Origin: Phyllosticta citribraziliensis
Taxonomy: Eukaryota
Direction of reading: 5' to 3'
Assembly: GCF_038025025.1 (NCBI RefSeq)
Contig: NW_027117341.1
Location: forward strand, 1,302,001-1,366,000
DNA length: 64,000 nucleotides
The notes under the pieces: model-generated
What the model saw: the letters and a program-made list of their open reading frames with translations, nothing else
The model's database searches: none
Told to the model about the DNA's origin: nothing
Part shown: positions 24,279 through 36,699 of the stretch, piece by piece
Numbering within the stretch: the stretch's first letter is position 1
How the letters are laid out: every line of letters starts with the position of its first letter
Program-made: the position numbers and the translations under genes

Positions 24279-24833
24279 GGCGAGGCGATGGATGTTCGCG
24301 TCGACGGCGCTGCGACTCGGCGTGTTTCGCGTCGTGGTGGTGGTGGTGGTGGTGGTTGGAGGCCGTTTTTGTTTGGCGAGGCGTGGTGTTTATGGGAGCA
24401 GTCAGCCCTATGGGGCCTATAGGGCCTATGGGGCGGGCCGAGGCAGGTGGTGATGGTTTTTCTCTGGGTGGGTATGTAGTTGATGAGACTTGGACTGTCA
24501 CGGGAGCGGTAGCGAGTCGAGGTTGACGAGAGAGTGCATGAGGTCGAGGTCGGCTGAGGGCGATCAAACGGCCAGAATTCGCAGTGCATGGCGTCGGGTT
24601 TCAAGGTGCCCGCCGCTGATTGGGCACAGGCGCGGCGACAGGCGCCCTCTCGGGACAAAAGCTGAAACAACATCGGACTGACTGACTGACTACTTTATAC
24701 TCGCGCCCTTTCCACCCTCGCGGGACGGCGGCCCAATTGTCGAGCCCAGAACTCTATTTGGCTCTTCCACTATTTCTCGACTCTGCAGCCCACCCTCCCT
24801 TTGCTTTTGCCCTGCACTGCACACCACCACAGC

Positions 24834-26631
24834 ATGGCGCCAAATCCATTCCCCCCTCGCCGGCACATCTGTAACTATGCTCCCCAATCCGCCGTGCGCA
24901 ATTGCAGTCGCCCTCTGACATCAGTCTCCAGCCTGCGAGTCCGACTCGTCCAACACGTCCAGCGTCTTTTCCAATTCAAACTCAAATGTCCGCGCCTCGT
25001 CCGACTCGGCCACCACCGTGTTTAGTTTCTTCATCAATGCCTCGAATCCCTCGTCCGTCGACGGTGCCTCGCGTCCCCCGTCCTCGTCCAAGCATTCTCT
25101 GAGCCGAATGCCCTCCCTCAGCCGCAAACCCTCCATCTCGTCCGCCTTTCGCTTCAGCAGAAAAGTGTCCACCAGCTCCACCTCGTCGGCCGCCACGACC
25201 AACTCGTCCAAATTCTCCACCACCCGCAAGGACTCGGGCATCGTCGTCCAGGACAAGCCTCTGCCGCCTCTGCCCCCCAAGGACTCAAATTCGAAACCCC
25301 TGACCTCAAAGCCGTCCGTCTCCAAGCCAAAGCCGCACCAACCCCCCAAGGCCGAGCCTCACCACCGCCGCTACCAGAGCCAGCCCCAGCACCCCGTCAC
25401 GGCCAGGCCCGTAGCCCTGCCGAAGCCCGTCGCGCTCTACGCCTGCACCTTTTGCCCCTACACGAGCTACTCCAAGGGCCACTGGCAGCTGCACGAGGAA
25501 GAGTACCACGAGCAGCCCGTCCGCTGGACGTGCCCGGACGCCCGCTGCCACCGCTTCTTCTTCTCCGAGCCCAAGTACCGCCGCCACCACGCCGAGACGC
25601 ACGCCTGCCGCGGATGCGTGCTGGACCGCGACGATGAGCGGCGGGCCTGCGCCACGGCCGCCGCGGCCGCGCAGTTGGCGGGCTCCGGCGAAGCTTACTA
25701 CAAGCGCCTCAACGAGACGCCCAAAATTTGCGCCGAGCACGCCATGCTGCGCGTGCACAGCAAGAGGGCGTTTGGGTGCGGCTTCTGCGTGCGGCTGCTG
25801 CGCTCGTGGGCCGACAGGTGCGAGCACGTAGCGCGCCACTACGAGCGCGGCGACGCAGGCAACGGAGTCCAAGTGGCGCCCGTGCCAGCACCGACGTCGA
25901 AGCGGGCGTCCATGACTGGTGGCTCCAAGGCCGACTGGGACTTTAGCCTGCTGGTGGGCAGCTTGATGCAGCAGCGCGTGCTGGCCGGGGCGTGGGAGGC
26001 GGTCCTGACGGAGCGGCATGGCGCCGACAAGCGGGCGTGGCCGCGCATGCGGTGGGAGGGCCCCAACAACAAGGAGGGCCGCGAGCTGGTGCGCCTCATG
26101 GAGCAGCACGGCATGGTCAGGGACAAGGCGCGCAGCACGGCCGAGCTGGCCTACGAGCTGGGGCGCGCGGGCGCCGAGGCAGAGACGCAGCGTCTGCAGA
26201 ATCGAAAGGGCCGCGAGACGATGCTGAACCAGGCGACGGCGGCGTATGGCATTGGCCGCTCCAAGACTGTCGTCAAGGCTTCAAAGGCGCTGCAGGAGCT
26301 CACTGGCGGCGAGGGTGATCACGCTTCCTCTACAAACACAACCGCCTCGTCGTCAACGACCGTCCGCCCCAGGCGCTTCTCCGCCTCGACGACACGCCCT
26401 CGCACCGCGCCGGCACCCAAAGACTCACAGCTCGCCGCCGCCGAGCCGCTCATCCTGTCGCCATACGACCAAGCGGCCGCCGACTTTGCCCGCAACGACA
26501 TCGACATGCTGACGCACGAGATCGACCGGCAACTGGCGTGCGGCGGCGCCGCCGCCCTGTTCAACGACCCCTGGGGCAGCCCGGCGTTTGCGAGCACGCC
26601 GGCGGCCGTCGAGTACAGGGCTGTGTCGTGA
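24834..26631 (+). CDS. C2H2 zinc-finger protein, ~578 aa
   Basis: Exon 1 is 24834-24870 and the intron is 24871-24931 (GTAACT, CTGAC, CAG), in phase with the long ORF. The fingers are YACTFCPYTSYSKGHWQLHEEEYH, WTCPDARCHRFFFSEPKYRRHHAETH and FGCGFCVRLLRSWADRCEHVARHY. Confidence 0.85.
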
Positions 26632-27261
26632 GGAGATGTCTGGTCATGATGCTGGGTCGCTGGTCATTTGCGCTGGCCGCCTGGCGTCTTTTGCCTTGTT
26701 TTCACTGAGCACCATGGCTCTCCGTCAGGGCCATGCCAGACCACCGCTCTCGCCGTGATCTTTCCCCGAGACAACACATCCCCTCGCGCAAGAGAGGAGG
26801 TCTCAGGAAGACCAAATCACCGCCATCAGGCCGGCCGGCCGTGAGTGACATGTCACTGCACCGCGCATGTAGCGGAACCCGCACGTCAGTGACTCACTCA
26901 CTCACTGCTACAAAGCCACCGTCTCGCGGACGCGCTGTTCCAAGAGTAGCTACCCGCGAAAGCTGCGCGAAAAAAAAAGAGTCCATTGGAGGTGAACTGA
27001 ATAGACTGTGGAGGAGTCAGTTCAGGGCATGCCGCCGCCGCATCCCCATCCCTGTTCCCGTTCTTGCCCCCTGTTTCTGTCCCTATCCCTGCGCGAGAGG
27101 AAGACAGCAAAGCGGGAAAGAAAGAAAAAAAAAGTGTAAGGCAAGACAGCGCCGCCGGGCAGGGCATAGGCGCAAAAGTGCTTTTCAGCGCGTGCTTTTT
27201 TCATCGGATGGACGGATGGACGGATGGATTGCGGTGTTTGGCTGATTGGAACCGGACTGGA

Positions 27262-27775
27262 GTATGTGTGTCTGCGTCGTTGTAATACCACCACTGTCTG
27301 CATATTATGATACCACATCCATCTACCCACCAACTACTCACCTCTCACTCTCTCACTTCCCCACTCAATGCCATCATCATCATCATCTCTCTCTCTCTCT
27401 CTGTCTCTGCAGTCCAGCACTCGCTCAAGGACCCTCCCTGTTCCCGCGTGTTCCTGAGCTTCCCGACTCAGTCCGTCCGTCCGTCCGCGCGCAGCCCTAC
27501 TCACCCCCTATCCCTGCCCGCGTCCCTGTCTCAGTCCCTGTCTCGGCCAACAACAACCTTCAGCCTTAACTAAGCCTTAAGCCTTGCAAGAAGGAACCAA
27601 ACCAACCGGTCGACCGGCCGGCCGGCCGGCCGGCCAGACGTGCTATCAATAGAACAGACAGCGGTCGGTGGTGGTCCCCCTGCGTGCGTGCGGCAAACGC
27701 AAAGCATCGCAGACAAAGATAGAAAAAAAGTAAACGGTAAACGGTAAACACGACCGACTGACTGGCGGATTGACT

Positions 27776-27832
<57 letters not shown>

Positions 27833-27973
27833 TATGTGTGGAAGGCGAGCGAAAGGGAAACCCCTTTCGGTCAACCAAGTGCCATCAACGCTGTTCGCGC
27901 GCCCGTGCCCGTGCCTGTGCCTGTGCCTCAAGCGAAGCGCAGTCCAGTGTCGGTCAGTCAGTCAATCACTTCA

Positions 27974-28011
<38 letters not shown>

Positions 28012-28488
28012 CCTCCCTCCAGTCTTTCGCCCCTTCGCTCGACAGGAACGGGAAGGACAAGGGACTCAATTCGCCACACTTGAGCGTTCCGTCGCGTCGC
28101 GTCGCGTCGGTCGGCGGCACGGCAGGGATGGCGGTGGCGGGCGGCGGAGGGCGGGCGGAACCGTTGGGGTGGGATGGGACTGTTTGCTGTTTACTTTGCT
28201 TTGCTTTGACAGGCTTTGACAGGCTTTGACAGGCAGACAGGCCGGCAGCGCAGGGTTTGCTGGTTGGGGTTCTGGGGCAGGGCTACCAGGGGAAGGGGTA
28301 GGGTTGGGTTGTGCTGTGGTGGGGGGAGTAGTGAGTACATGGTGTTTTTTTTTTTTTTTTTTTCGTGATAGATGCGGGTGAAACTGGCGGTGGAGTGGTA
28401 GGTAGGTACATGTAGGTAGGTCGGTGGGTGGATTAGGTCGCTGGATTGCCAGACTGACTGACTGACTGACTACATGACCGAGAGATAG
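27262..28488 (+). ncRNA. Putative 1.2-kb rod-like structured intron of a non-coding transcript
   Basis: GTATGT is at 27262, CTGAC repeats are at 28454-70 and TAG ends at 28488. Nested helices include an 18-bp pair 27727-44/28180-97 with three G-U pairs. Confidence 0.5.
27778..27825. repeat. (GT)~24 microsatellite
   Basis: Read directly from the sequence. Confidence 0.95.
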
Positions 28489-29625
28489 ACAAACGGCGCG
28501 CCAAACAGCGCCCGTCATGAAACGTCTGTTGCCCACCCGCTCTGCCAGTCCAGAACAAGTCGAGGTAGACTGCCAAACTCGCGCCGTCGCGTCATCGTGA
28601 TGGCCGCGACGACGAGGTCGGCAGCGGCAATGGCGACGACATTCATGTCCCGGCGTTGAAGCGCATGTGCAACAGTTCCGTCCGCGCAATGACGCGGTTT
28701 AGGCACTACTGTCCTGAGTGCCGGTTCAGAGGAACGGACGACGCGCCGGATGCTTGTTATGCAGCAGTCGTGGGAGCAATCGGAGGAGGACGCGAAGGAG
28801 GAGGAAGTGGAGGAAAAGTGAGGCCCCTATTTTTGTAGGAAAAGAAGTTGGTAGCGCCTTTGTAATGTGCATTAGCAGCCATCAGTAGACTTGAGGTTGA
28901 GATGGCTACTCAACAGTTGTGTTTGACATACACAACCAGAAACGGCAAAGGAGATGGAGTCGTTGTAAATGCGATCTAAAATTCAAGAAGGGAAAGGAAT
29001 TCATGAGATAGTATACCAATCACTTCTTGTCCAATTTTATCTTAGCCGTGGATGATGATGCATGCATTTCAGGGGTCGTGATGAACTTGCTGCTAATCTT
29101 CACATAGGCGTAAAATGGTATCCAGGACTGGAGAGAGAGACAAGCTACCTGAATGGTAAAATGATGGAATGGTCAAGTGCAGTCTTCCCGCTGCTCGTCG
29201 TAGATCATCTACACAACTGAAGAAATACATAGGCAAAACAAAGGACGAGTGTTGTCAGAGGCGGTAGGAAACAATAGAAGAGGAGGCAAAAAAGACAAGA
29301 AAAAGTATTACTTGACTGTTCGTTGCAAGCCTGTTGAAGCAACAAAAGAACCCGAGTAATGAACGAAATTCTCGAAAACGAAACGCAACATGCTCTGTTT
29401 TCCCCCTGACTGTCTGACGTCTCTTTCTACACAAGGCAGGCAGTCCAAAGCAAAACAGTCCTCCAAGCTGCAAGGCCGTGGGTCATAAATCGGAGCGCTC
29501 CTACGACAGCTTACAATACATACATACAGCAACTAAATGCTCAGCCACACACCCACCTCATCCCGCAAAATGCTCGTCTGGTAAGCAAAAACATCCAGCA
29601 ACGCCCCGATATCCAGGCGCAGGAG

Positions 29626-30275
29626 GTAAGTAAGCAGAAAAAGCATCTCTCCCCTTCTCTAACGATTCTACCAGCCTGTCCAGCACCCCACGTCCCAGCT
29701 AGCCAACGACGCAAGGAGGCAGCAGCAGTAACAGCGATGCAGACATGCAATGCAGAAAGCAGCAGCTGGCGCCATCCACGCCATCCACGCCGTTGACGAC
29801 ATTCGACGGTATCCTACCACTCGCCGCGGCCACCACACCACCGCACCACAGCTCGATGGATGAGCAACGCACGGCAGGGCAGGGCAGGGCAGTACCGCAC
29901 GCGCTACTGCGAGCGGCTCAGCCCACGCCCACGCCCACGCCCACACCCAATCCAGCCAATCCAACCCAACCGCCGCCGCCGCCGGGCCATGTTTCCTTCT
30001 TCCACGGCGTGCGTGCGTGCGTCGGTAGGATGGCGACCCAGTGACCGCTAACCACGCACACCCTCCCTCCACCAGCATCTGCTCGCCTACCTGCTCGTAA
30101 GGTCGAGCTGGAGGAGGGGGAGGGGGAGGTGGATGTAACGTCGTCCCTACTCTACCCTGGGATGGGGTGCCATGGGATGAGAAGCGTGGGCCGCGTGCAG
30201 TGGATCGCGTGCGTGGCGTTTGTCTGCAGTGCGGTGCTGCGCTGCGCTGCGTGCTGAGAGAATGTGTTTGGCCAG
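29626..30275 (+). ncRNA. Putative 650-nt structured intron
   Basis: GAG|GTAAGT is at 29626 and CAG ends at 30275. Nested pairs are 29738-45/30221-28, 29769-75/30213-19 and 29783-88/30200-05. Confidence 0.35.
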
Positions 30276-33200
30276 AGCCGACAAAGAAATCAAAAGTGGG
30301 AGAAGACAAGATTCCTTGGAGGACGAGGGACAACGAAGGAAAGGGGGAGAATGGGATTTGCGCAATGTTATTTGAGGGTAGGTGTGAGGCAGTACGCGAG
30401 AAGGAAGTGAGAGACTTGGGAGAGAATGAAGCGACGCTGAGGAGCTTTTAGATGTGATTCAGCGCATGGTGGTGAAGGTAGAGGTGAGTGGACTTGTTGC
30501 TGTACAAGCTGAGCTGCGACTTTTCTCCAGGCTCTGGCTACATGCTGCTGGAATCAATCTCAAGCCACGCAGAAGATTGCTGGATTCCGTTCATATGTTC
30601 CTCCTGCTCCATGGTTGCCTTCAGTATGTGCAGTTGAAGAGGGAAAACTGTGCGTCAGACGCAGAATCAAAGATAAAGGGATGTGGAGAAGTTTGGACAG
30701 TCTTGTACAAACCATATTCTCTACAGTAGGATGGCAATAGCGGGCTCACATTCGGCCTGGTGCCCTCCATCACTCACCTTGACATGAATGGTCGTCGTGC
30801 TGTCCGTAGCGGTGGCGAAGGGCTCGTCGTCATCTTCGACGCAATACCACCCATCCACTTCCATCTGCTGGGGACATGTGGCTTTGCACGCTGTCCACAC
30901 AGCCATATCATCCACGACAGGAGCAGCATTCCAGCTAGCGCAGGCGGCCGCATGTGTGGTCAGGTCAGGCCAGGCCAGGGAAAGGCAAAAGCACCGCACC
31001 GCACTGCCTCGCCATCACAGCAACACAACGCTGGCTGCGCCGAGGTGGTAGCAGTGCAGAGCAGCAAGGCCGGGCAGGAGCCAACTCAGCAGCAGCAGCA
31101 AACAGACAGGACGCTGCAGAGAACCCCGGTCCTTGGAGCCTTGACTGATTGACTGACCCCATCGACGGGGAAAGAAGCATGCGACAACAGACAGGACTGC
31201 AGACTTGCACGGAGACTGGTTGACGGCGCAGCAGCAGCAATCTCAGCGGCAGTCCATTCGGAAGACAGAGACGCCCAACACCGTACGCAGCTGTGACGTC
31301 CGGCTGCAGAACTCAGCGGCGCTAGGTCCGCTGGAACCCTGGGGGCAAGCACACAGGCAGCCAGTCGATCTTTTCGAGTCCAGCGCGGCTGGGGTCTGAC
31401 TGATGGGCAGCTCGAAGGGTGGCAGGCTCCTGTTCGTCTCAATGGGGCGTCCGAGCAACTCCAGCTAGTCTCGTCCTGCCTGGCGGACGTCGAACAAGGC
31501 AACGGGGTCACGGGCGTCAGACGAGACGAGACAGCGCGCCGGCGAGACGGGTATGGGTCATTCCAACGCAGCTCGATGAGTGGACCGATTCCGAGATTGG
31601 ACTGGACTGACTGACTGTGAGAGGGCGCTAGCAACGTTGAAGGCTGCCAAAAATAAGGGGGGAAACGAGGCAACTCGCGGCCTGTTGTCTGATCGTGTGG
31701 GGGAGAGGGGTTGGGGAGACAGACTAGCGGTTGGTTGGTCCTGGATGAGAAGGGGATTTCAGTCAGGCGATCACGCGCACGTACGATGACAGATTGATGG
31801 GTGTGATGAGAGCCAGTCCGTGGATGGCCCAATATGTGTCTGTTCTTCTTTCGCCTTGACCGGAACAAGGCCCCCGGATCAGGTTTTGGATCATCTGGGT
31901 GGTGGGTGTGCAGGCGTGATTCGGTCAGCAATGTCGGGCAGAGAGAGGTTGGCCCGTTGCCGCGGTTTGAGAAGTTTTGGTCCAGGGGATCCGGCAAGCA
32001 AGTCAGGTGGGTGGTGTGCTGCAAGAGCAAAGGCTGCGTGCAGTAGTGTCCTTTCAACCTGCTTGGTCGCGCATCCGCCTAAGCCTTACTGTTCTGTCGT
32101 GGCAGCAGTTTTCAGGAGAAGTTCGAGTGTCGTGGTCGTGTCTCACCACCGACGACAAAAGCCATCCACCCAAATGCGTGGCCGCGGCTGTGTATTTTTT
32201 TCGACTTCAAATGGTGCTGTTGCCTCGCATTTGCGGCACATGGACTTCGTCATCAAGCAGCTGCCTCCTTTGACAGCAAGCAGATTGTGATCCGCGGCTT
32301 GATAGCCCCCGACCTAGAGGTATAGCAACTAGCGAAGAAACTTAGCAGACTGACCCAAGCAAGCAGCCAACTTGATTGAACCCACCTCGTACAGCACAGC
32401 CCCTTGGTAACAACGACGGGCACCAAACACGGTGGGCTCAGGGTACTTGGGCACAACTCAATGGAACGATTGGGTCACTGCCAACATGTTTGCCTGCTGC
32501 AGTAAGCGGATCAGTTATCGCTTGCAGCAAGTCTAGATCACCTGCTTTGTCTTTCGAAACAATCCAGAAGCCCATCATAACTCCTCAGAGGATCGTCGAG
32601 TCATTTTGCGCACCGAGGAGGGAGGTTCGCCCGGCCGCAGGCCTGCGATGAAGACTGGTTGGCCCCAATGCCGCCGCCGCTGCTGTTGTGATCCCAATTC
32701 TGGCTGACTGGACGCTGGCTGGGGTCTTTCACAGCCGGTGTGGCGAGTAGGTAGAACGCAACCCTACTGGGGATCTTGTGTCGCGATTGCGTGCATTTTC
32801 TTTGTGGTTTTCTAAGCCCATTGCGTGCAGGTGCGGCCAACGGGAGCGGTGGCGGCGACGGAATGTGCGTGCGTGAGCACGAGCAAGGCTCATTCTCAAT
32901 CCTGCAGGGCAATTTGGGAGCACGCGCGCGGTCCACCCGGACAACAAGCACATTGGACCAAACAAAGCTCCCGAGCGCTGTCACGCTCTGTGGTGTTGGC
33001 CCGGTTTGCATGCTGATTGATGTTCGGACGCCGAGGTAGCCAGGCAAACATGTCTCATTTACGTCGTTTTGAGAAACAGGCGGAATTTCGAGGGCACGAA
33101 TCGAGCAGTTTTCTTCAGGGAAGCTGCAGTAGTCGGGGTTGTGTCTGAATCCTCGATAATGTCATACTATGTACAGCAGGCGGAAGCAAGCGGATTCAGG

Positions 33201-35967
33201 GGATAGGTGCTGGCGTGAAGAAATCGTGAGGTACTGCCGGCGGGTACAACGGGTTTGTACGGTGTTGGACTGCCGGCGTGTCATTGCACGGGCCATGTGT
33301 TCACCTATCTCGCAGTAACGCCTGACGAGCACAGGTTCCGTGATGGTAGATAGAATGGACTGAGCTTCGTGGGGAAGCAGGCGGTGCAACCCATGGTCAT
33401 GTGCAGTGGGAGGATTGTATGCTCGAGTCTTGCTCAGCAATAATTGATAACGCGTGGGTAGGAAAGCAGATGAACCGCATCGTATGATGTTGACGACAAC
33501 ACCGAGGATGAGGATAATGGCATTGTCCTCGGCCGGATTTTGCCGCAGACTGAAGCCCTGTCTCAAGGGATCTTACAGCAAAAGGAAGGGAATAAAAATT
33601 CCACGAAGAATTTCTGATGTGCATGCCGCTCTCGAGTGCTGCAGCGCATGGCTGTTGGGTGGGGGCATTCGTACGCGGGCTCATTCTCAAAGGTCTCGAG
33701 CACGCGCGCGCGCTAAAACCGAACAACGCTTTCGGTGTTGCCGCGTTGCTATATTAGCAGTCTGCTAGTGCCAGGGTGCGACTCCACAAGGCTCAGGGCG
33801 TAGTGCGGTGCGGAGGATCGACAGCCAGTCCCAGGGATTGATGCGTCAGCCGTCTTTGTGCGAGAAGTTGGTCTTGATAAAAATCGTCATGGGGCTGCGG
33901 CGGGTCGACGGGCAACGGACCGTTTACCCAAGCCGGGAGAGGAGCCCGAGAGGTAAGCTAGACGCTGAAGCGCGCCTTCAAGAGGGCCTGGAAACGAGCC
34001 GGGTAACGTGCAAAGACTAAAAACGCCTCCTTTTGCACCTCGATCAGACGTAAGAGGGGCAGGCCAGTCCGTCGCTCAGGTGCAACTCGGTTTGCTCGCT
34101 ACCAACCGCACGGTATGGGCAAAGCCACGGTAGCAACCAAGTCCGAATCTGGCTGCTAAAGTTTGTGAGATATTATTTCTGCACGCCAGGTTCTTCTTCC
34201 AAGCATCTCCCGTCTCTGAGAGCTTGACAATCCTCTGGCCAGGTTCCGCATTTGGAATCGCCGTACAGGAACGTCCCTTGGTCGCCTGCTGCCGGAAACC
34301 GTACACTGCTTGCTGCATCAGCTCACGAGACGGTCGAAACCAGGGAACGGCACCTTTGCCAGTGGCCCTCTTGCGCTTTTTCGGGAGAGGAACCGCTGGC
34401 CGGGCTTGCGCTGTGTGTTTGTGCGGTTGACATGTGCGGTTTAAGCTTCGGCAGTCGTACGGAGATCTTCTGTGCGAGTACCTTTGAGACCGACTGCATC
34501 TCGTCGGGGTCTTCTGGGCGACTCTGTGAGAGGACCAACTCAACGGCCCGTCGGATTGATTAGCGACCCGAGTGTTTCAGAGCGTGTGCCCCATGGCAGC
34601 TACGTATGTAGTATGTCGTTGTAGCCAGACTTGTTTACAGTACACTAGTGCTTTTGCCACGTCCTCCGGTGTCATGTCATGACAACACAACTCTCGCTCA
34701 CAAATGGCATCCACAAGTCAGCTGCATGCTGCTTTGCCTGGGTAGAGGATTCCAAATCGCGATCGAAAGCGTCTGCCCTCGCCTCCAGACGCATTGCGCA
34801 ATGACACGCCCGGCCGACCATGGGGGTCATGCGAACGCCGACGCGCCCGCACCCACTGGAAAGCGTCAACGGCCAACGATCAGCCGAACGGCGCCGGTCC
34901 CGGAGTTCCTGGTGCTGATGACGACTGTCAATCTCGAGCGTCAATCGGGGGCTCCGAGACAGAAACGGCCTATCGGGGCCGACGACGCCAGCTCAATCTA
35001 TTCTGGATCGAGAGAGTTGGGGGGAAGAAGATGCCGCTTATCACCCCCCAAAAGGCTGACACTTGTCTTTGAGCTCGAATCCGGCCCGGACCGCTGGGAC
35101 GACGTTTTTCGAGGCAGCACACCCTCATACCATCCTGAACGACGCACGCCCAATCAGCGGGGATGGCGCCAGTCCTTTTGTGCAACTCTGAGGTCACTAA
35201 TCGGAGAATTGAGGGCGGTCCAGCCTCATCTGCGCGGTCCGGGGTCTGAGCGGCAAGTGGTTCGATGTTCAGCCCGCCTGAAACCGCAGCAGCGGACCTA
35301 TACTGTCGGGAGAGACATCATGTGGACCGCCCAATGACGGCTCGCCCGCCTGGCCGAAGCATTATGGAATCAAATGCATGGAGCCAGACGTCGGGAGAGG
35401 CAAGTTGCAGTTCCCATTTCCCGCGCGTCCTCATCTCGACCCTCGCTCCAATGAGGGCCTTTACGGAAGGCTGCAGTTCGTACGGGGGCAGCCTCTGGGT
35501 TCCCTGCATCTTAGTGTGGAACAGACAGCCTTATTGGTGTCAGCACCACGGAAAACTCGTCGATTCGGCGAGCCAGCCAAGCCATCCGCTGCAGTTGAAG
35601 CCTCAACAAGTCGACGAGCGGCACCTATGCCCTGATCGCCTGTAACAAGCAGCAGGCAGGCAGGCTCATGGCAGGAGGGTTGAGCCAGGCACATGGCAGG
35701 GTCCGTCAGACGACGTCCAAATCAGGCTTTGGAGACGGGGAAGCGCTGGGACTGGGACCGCGGCTCCCGTCGTTCCCGTGGAGTCGCATCATATGACTTT
35801 TATTTTTATTTTTCCTTTTATTTTCGAGCGACATTCCAGATGGCGAGAGCAGACAGCCTCGGGTGGTAAGAGACGTGTCGTTTCGCTGGGACATGGGGCT
35901 GCAACTGGTCAGGGCGGGAGAGTCAATCAGATTCCAGCGTGGGCCGGGGTCGAAGCGCTCAGTCCAT

Positions 35968-36408
35968 GTAAGGAATGAGAGGCCTTGCCGGATCCGGGGG
36001 CGAGGTTTCAATAGCCAGCATAGCAACGTGGGCTCCACATGCGCAAAGAGGCTGCCCAAGGCGATCCGTAACCAGCGTGGACCAGCTGGACGGCATGGAA
36101 AGCGAGGAATGTCGGCCGCGTGGCTGTATGCCCAGGCGGAAGCAGTGGCATGGCATGGCAGCAAAGGGGGGAGGGCGGGCGCGGAGAGCGAGCGAGCGAA
36201 GGGATGAGTAGCGGCGGCGAGGGAGGGTGTAGGTGGTGTATGGTGTTGATGTGCCGGGGGGCAGGACGAGGCTAGTCTTGCTCTCGCTAGGCCTTTTTCC
36301 GCCGCTCGGCAGACACCCACACCACAGCGCTGCACGTCACCACCCACCCTACCCTGCACGCTTCCCCAGCTTCCACTCGCCGTCGCCATTCCAGCTCGGC
36401 AATCATCA

Positions 36409-36439
<31 letters not shown>

Positions 36440-36699
36440 TCGTTCTCACGGCCGGGCAGGCAAGCCCTCGGCCGGCCGTCATGCGGCGGGCCCGTCAGCA
36501 GCCCTCAGGAGGTGGCGGCCAGAGGCTGCGGCCATTGACGAAGGAGGGTGTTGACGGAGCGTTGCTTTGTCTGTTGCTGCGCAGTCTGTTGGGTTGCTTG
36601 CTTGCTTGCTCGATTGCTTGCTTGCTCGCTCGCTGGTCTGCTTGCTTGCCCCCTGGCCTGGTTCTAGCCACCTTGCCTTGGCCCCTCATCGACTTACAG
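35968..36699 (+). ncRNA. Putative ~730-nt structured intron
   Basis: GTAAGG is at 35968 and TTACAG ends at 36699. Nested pairs 36187-99/36618-30 and 36211-21/36376-86 contain G-U wobbles. The branch point is weak. Confidence 0.3.

Noticed and set aside
28830..29520. Lower-GC stretch, possible RIP-decayed element or small gene
   Set aside because: It has no transposase or RT motifs, no terminal repeats and no gene model I could support.
31000..35900. Several 100-320 aa ORFs (e.g. 31086-32057, 34648-35337)
   Set aside because: They have no domains, random-like composition and no consistent exon chain.
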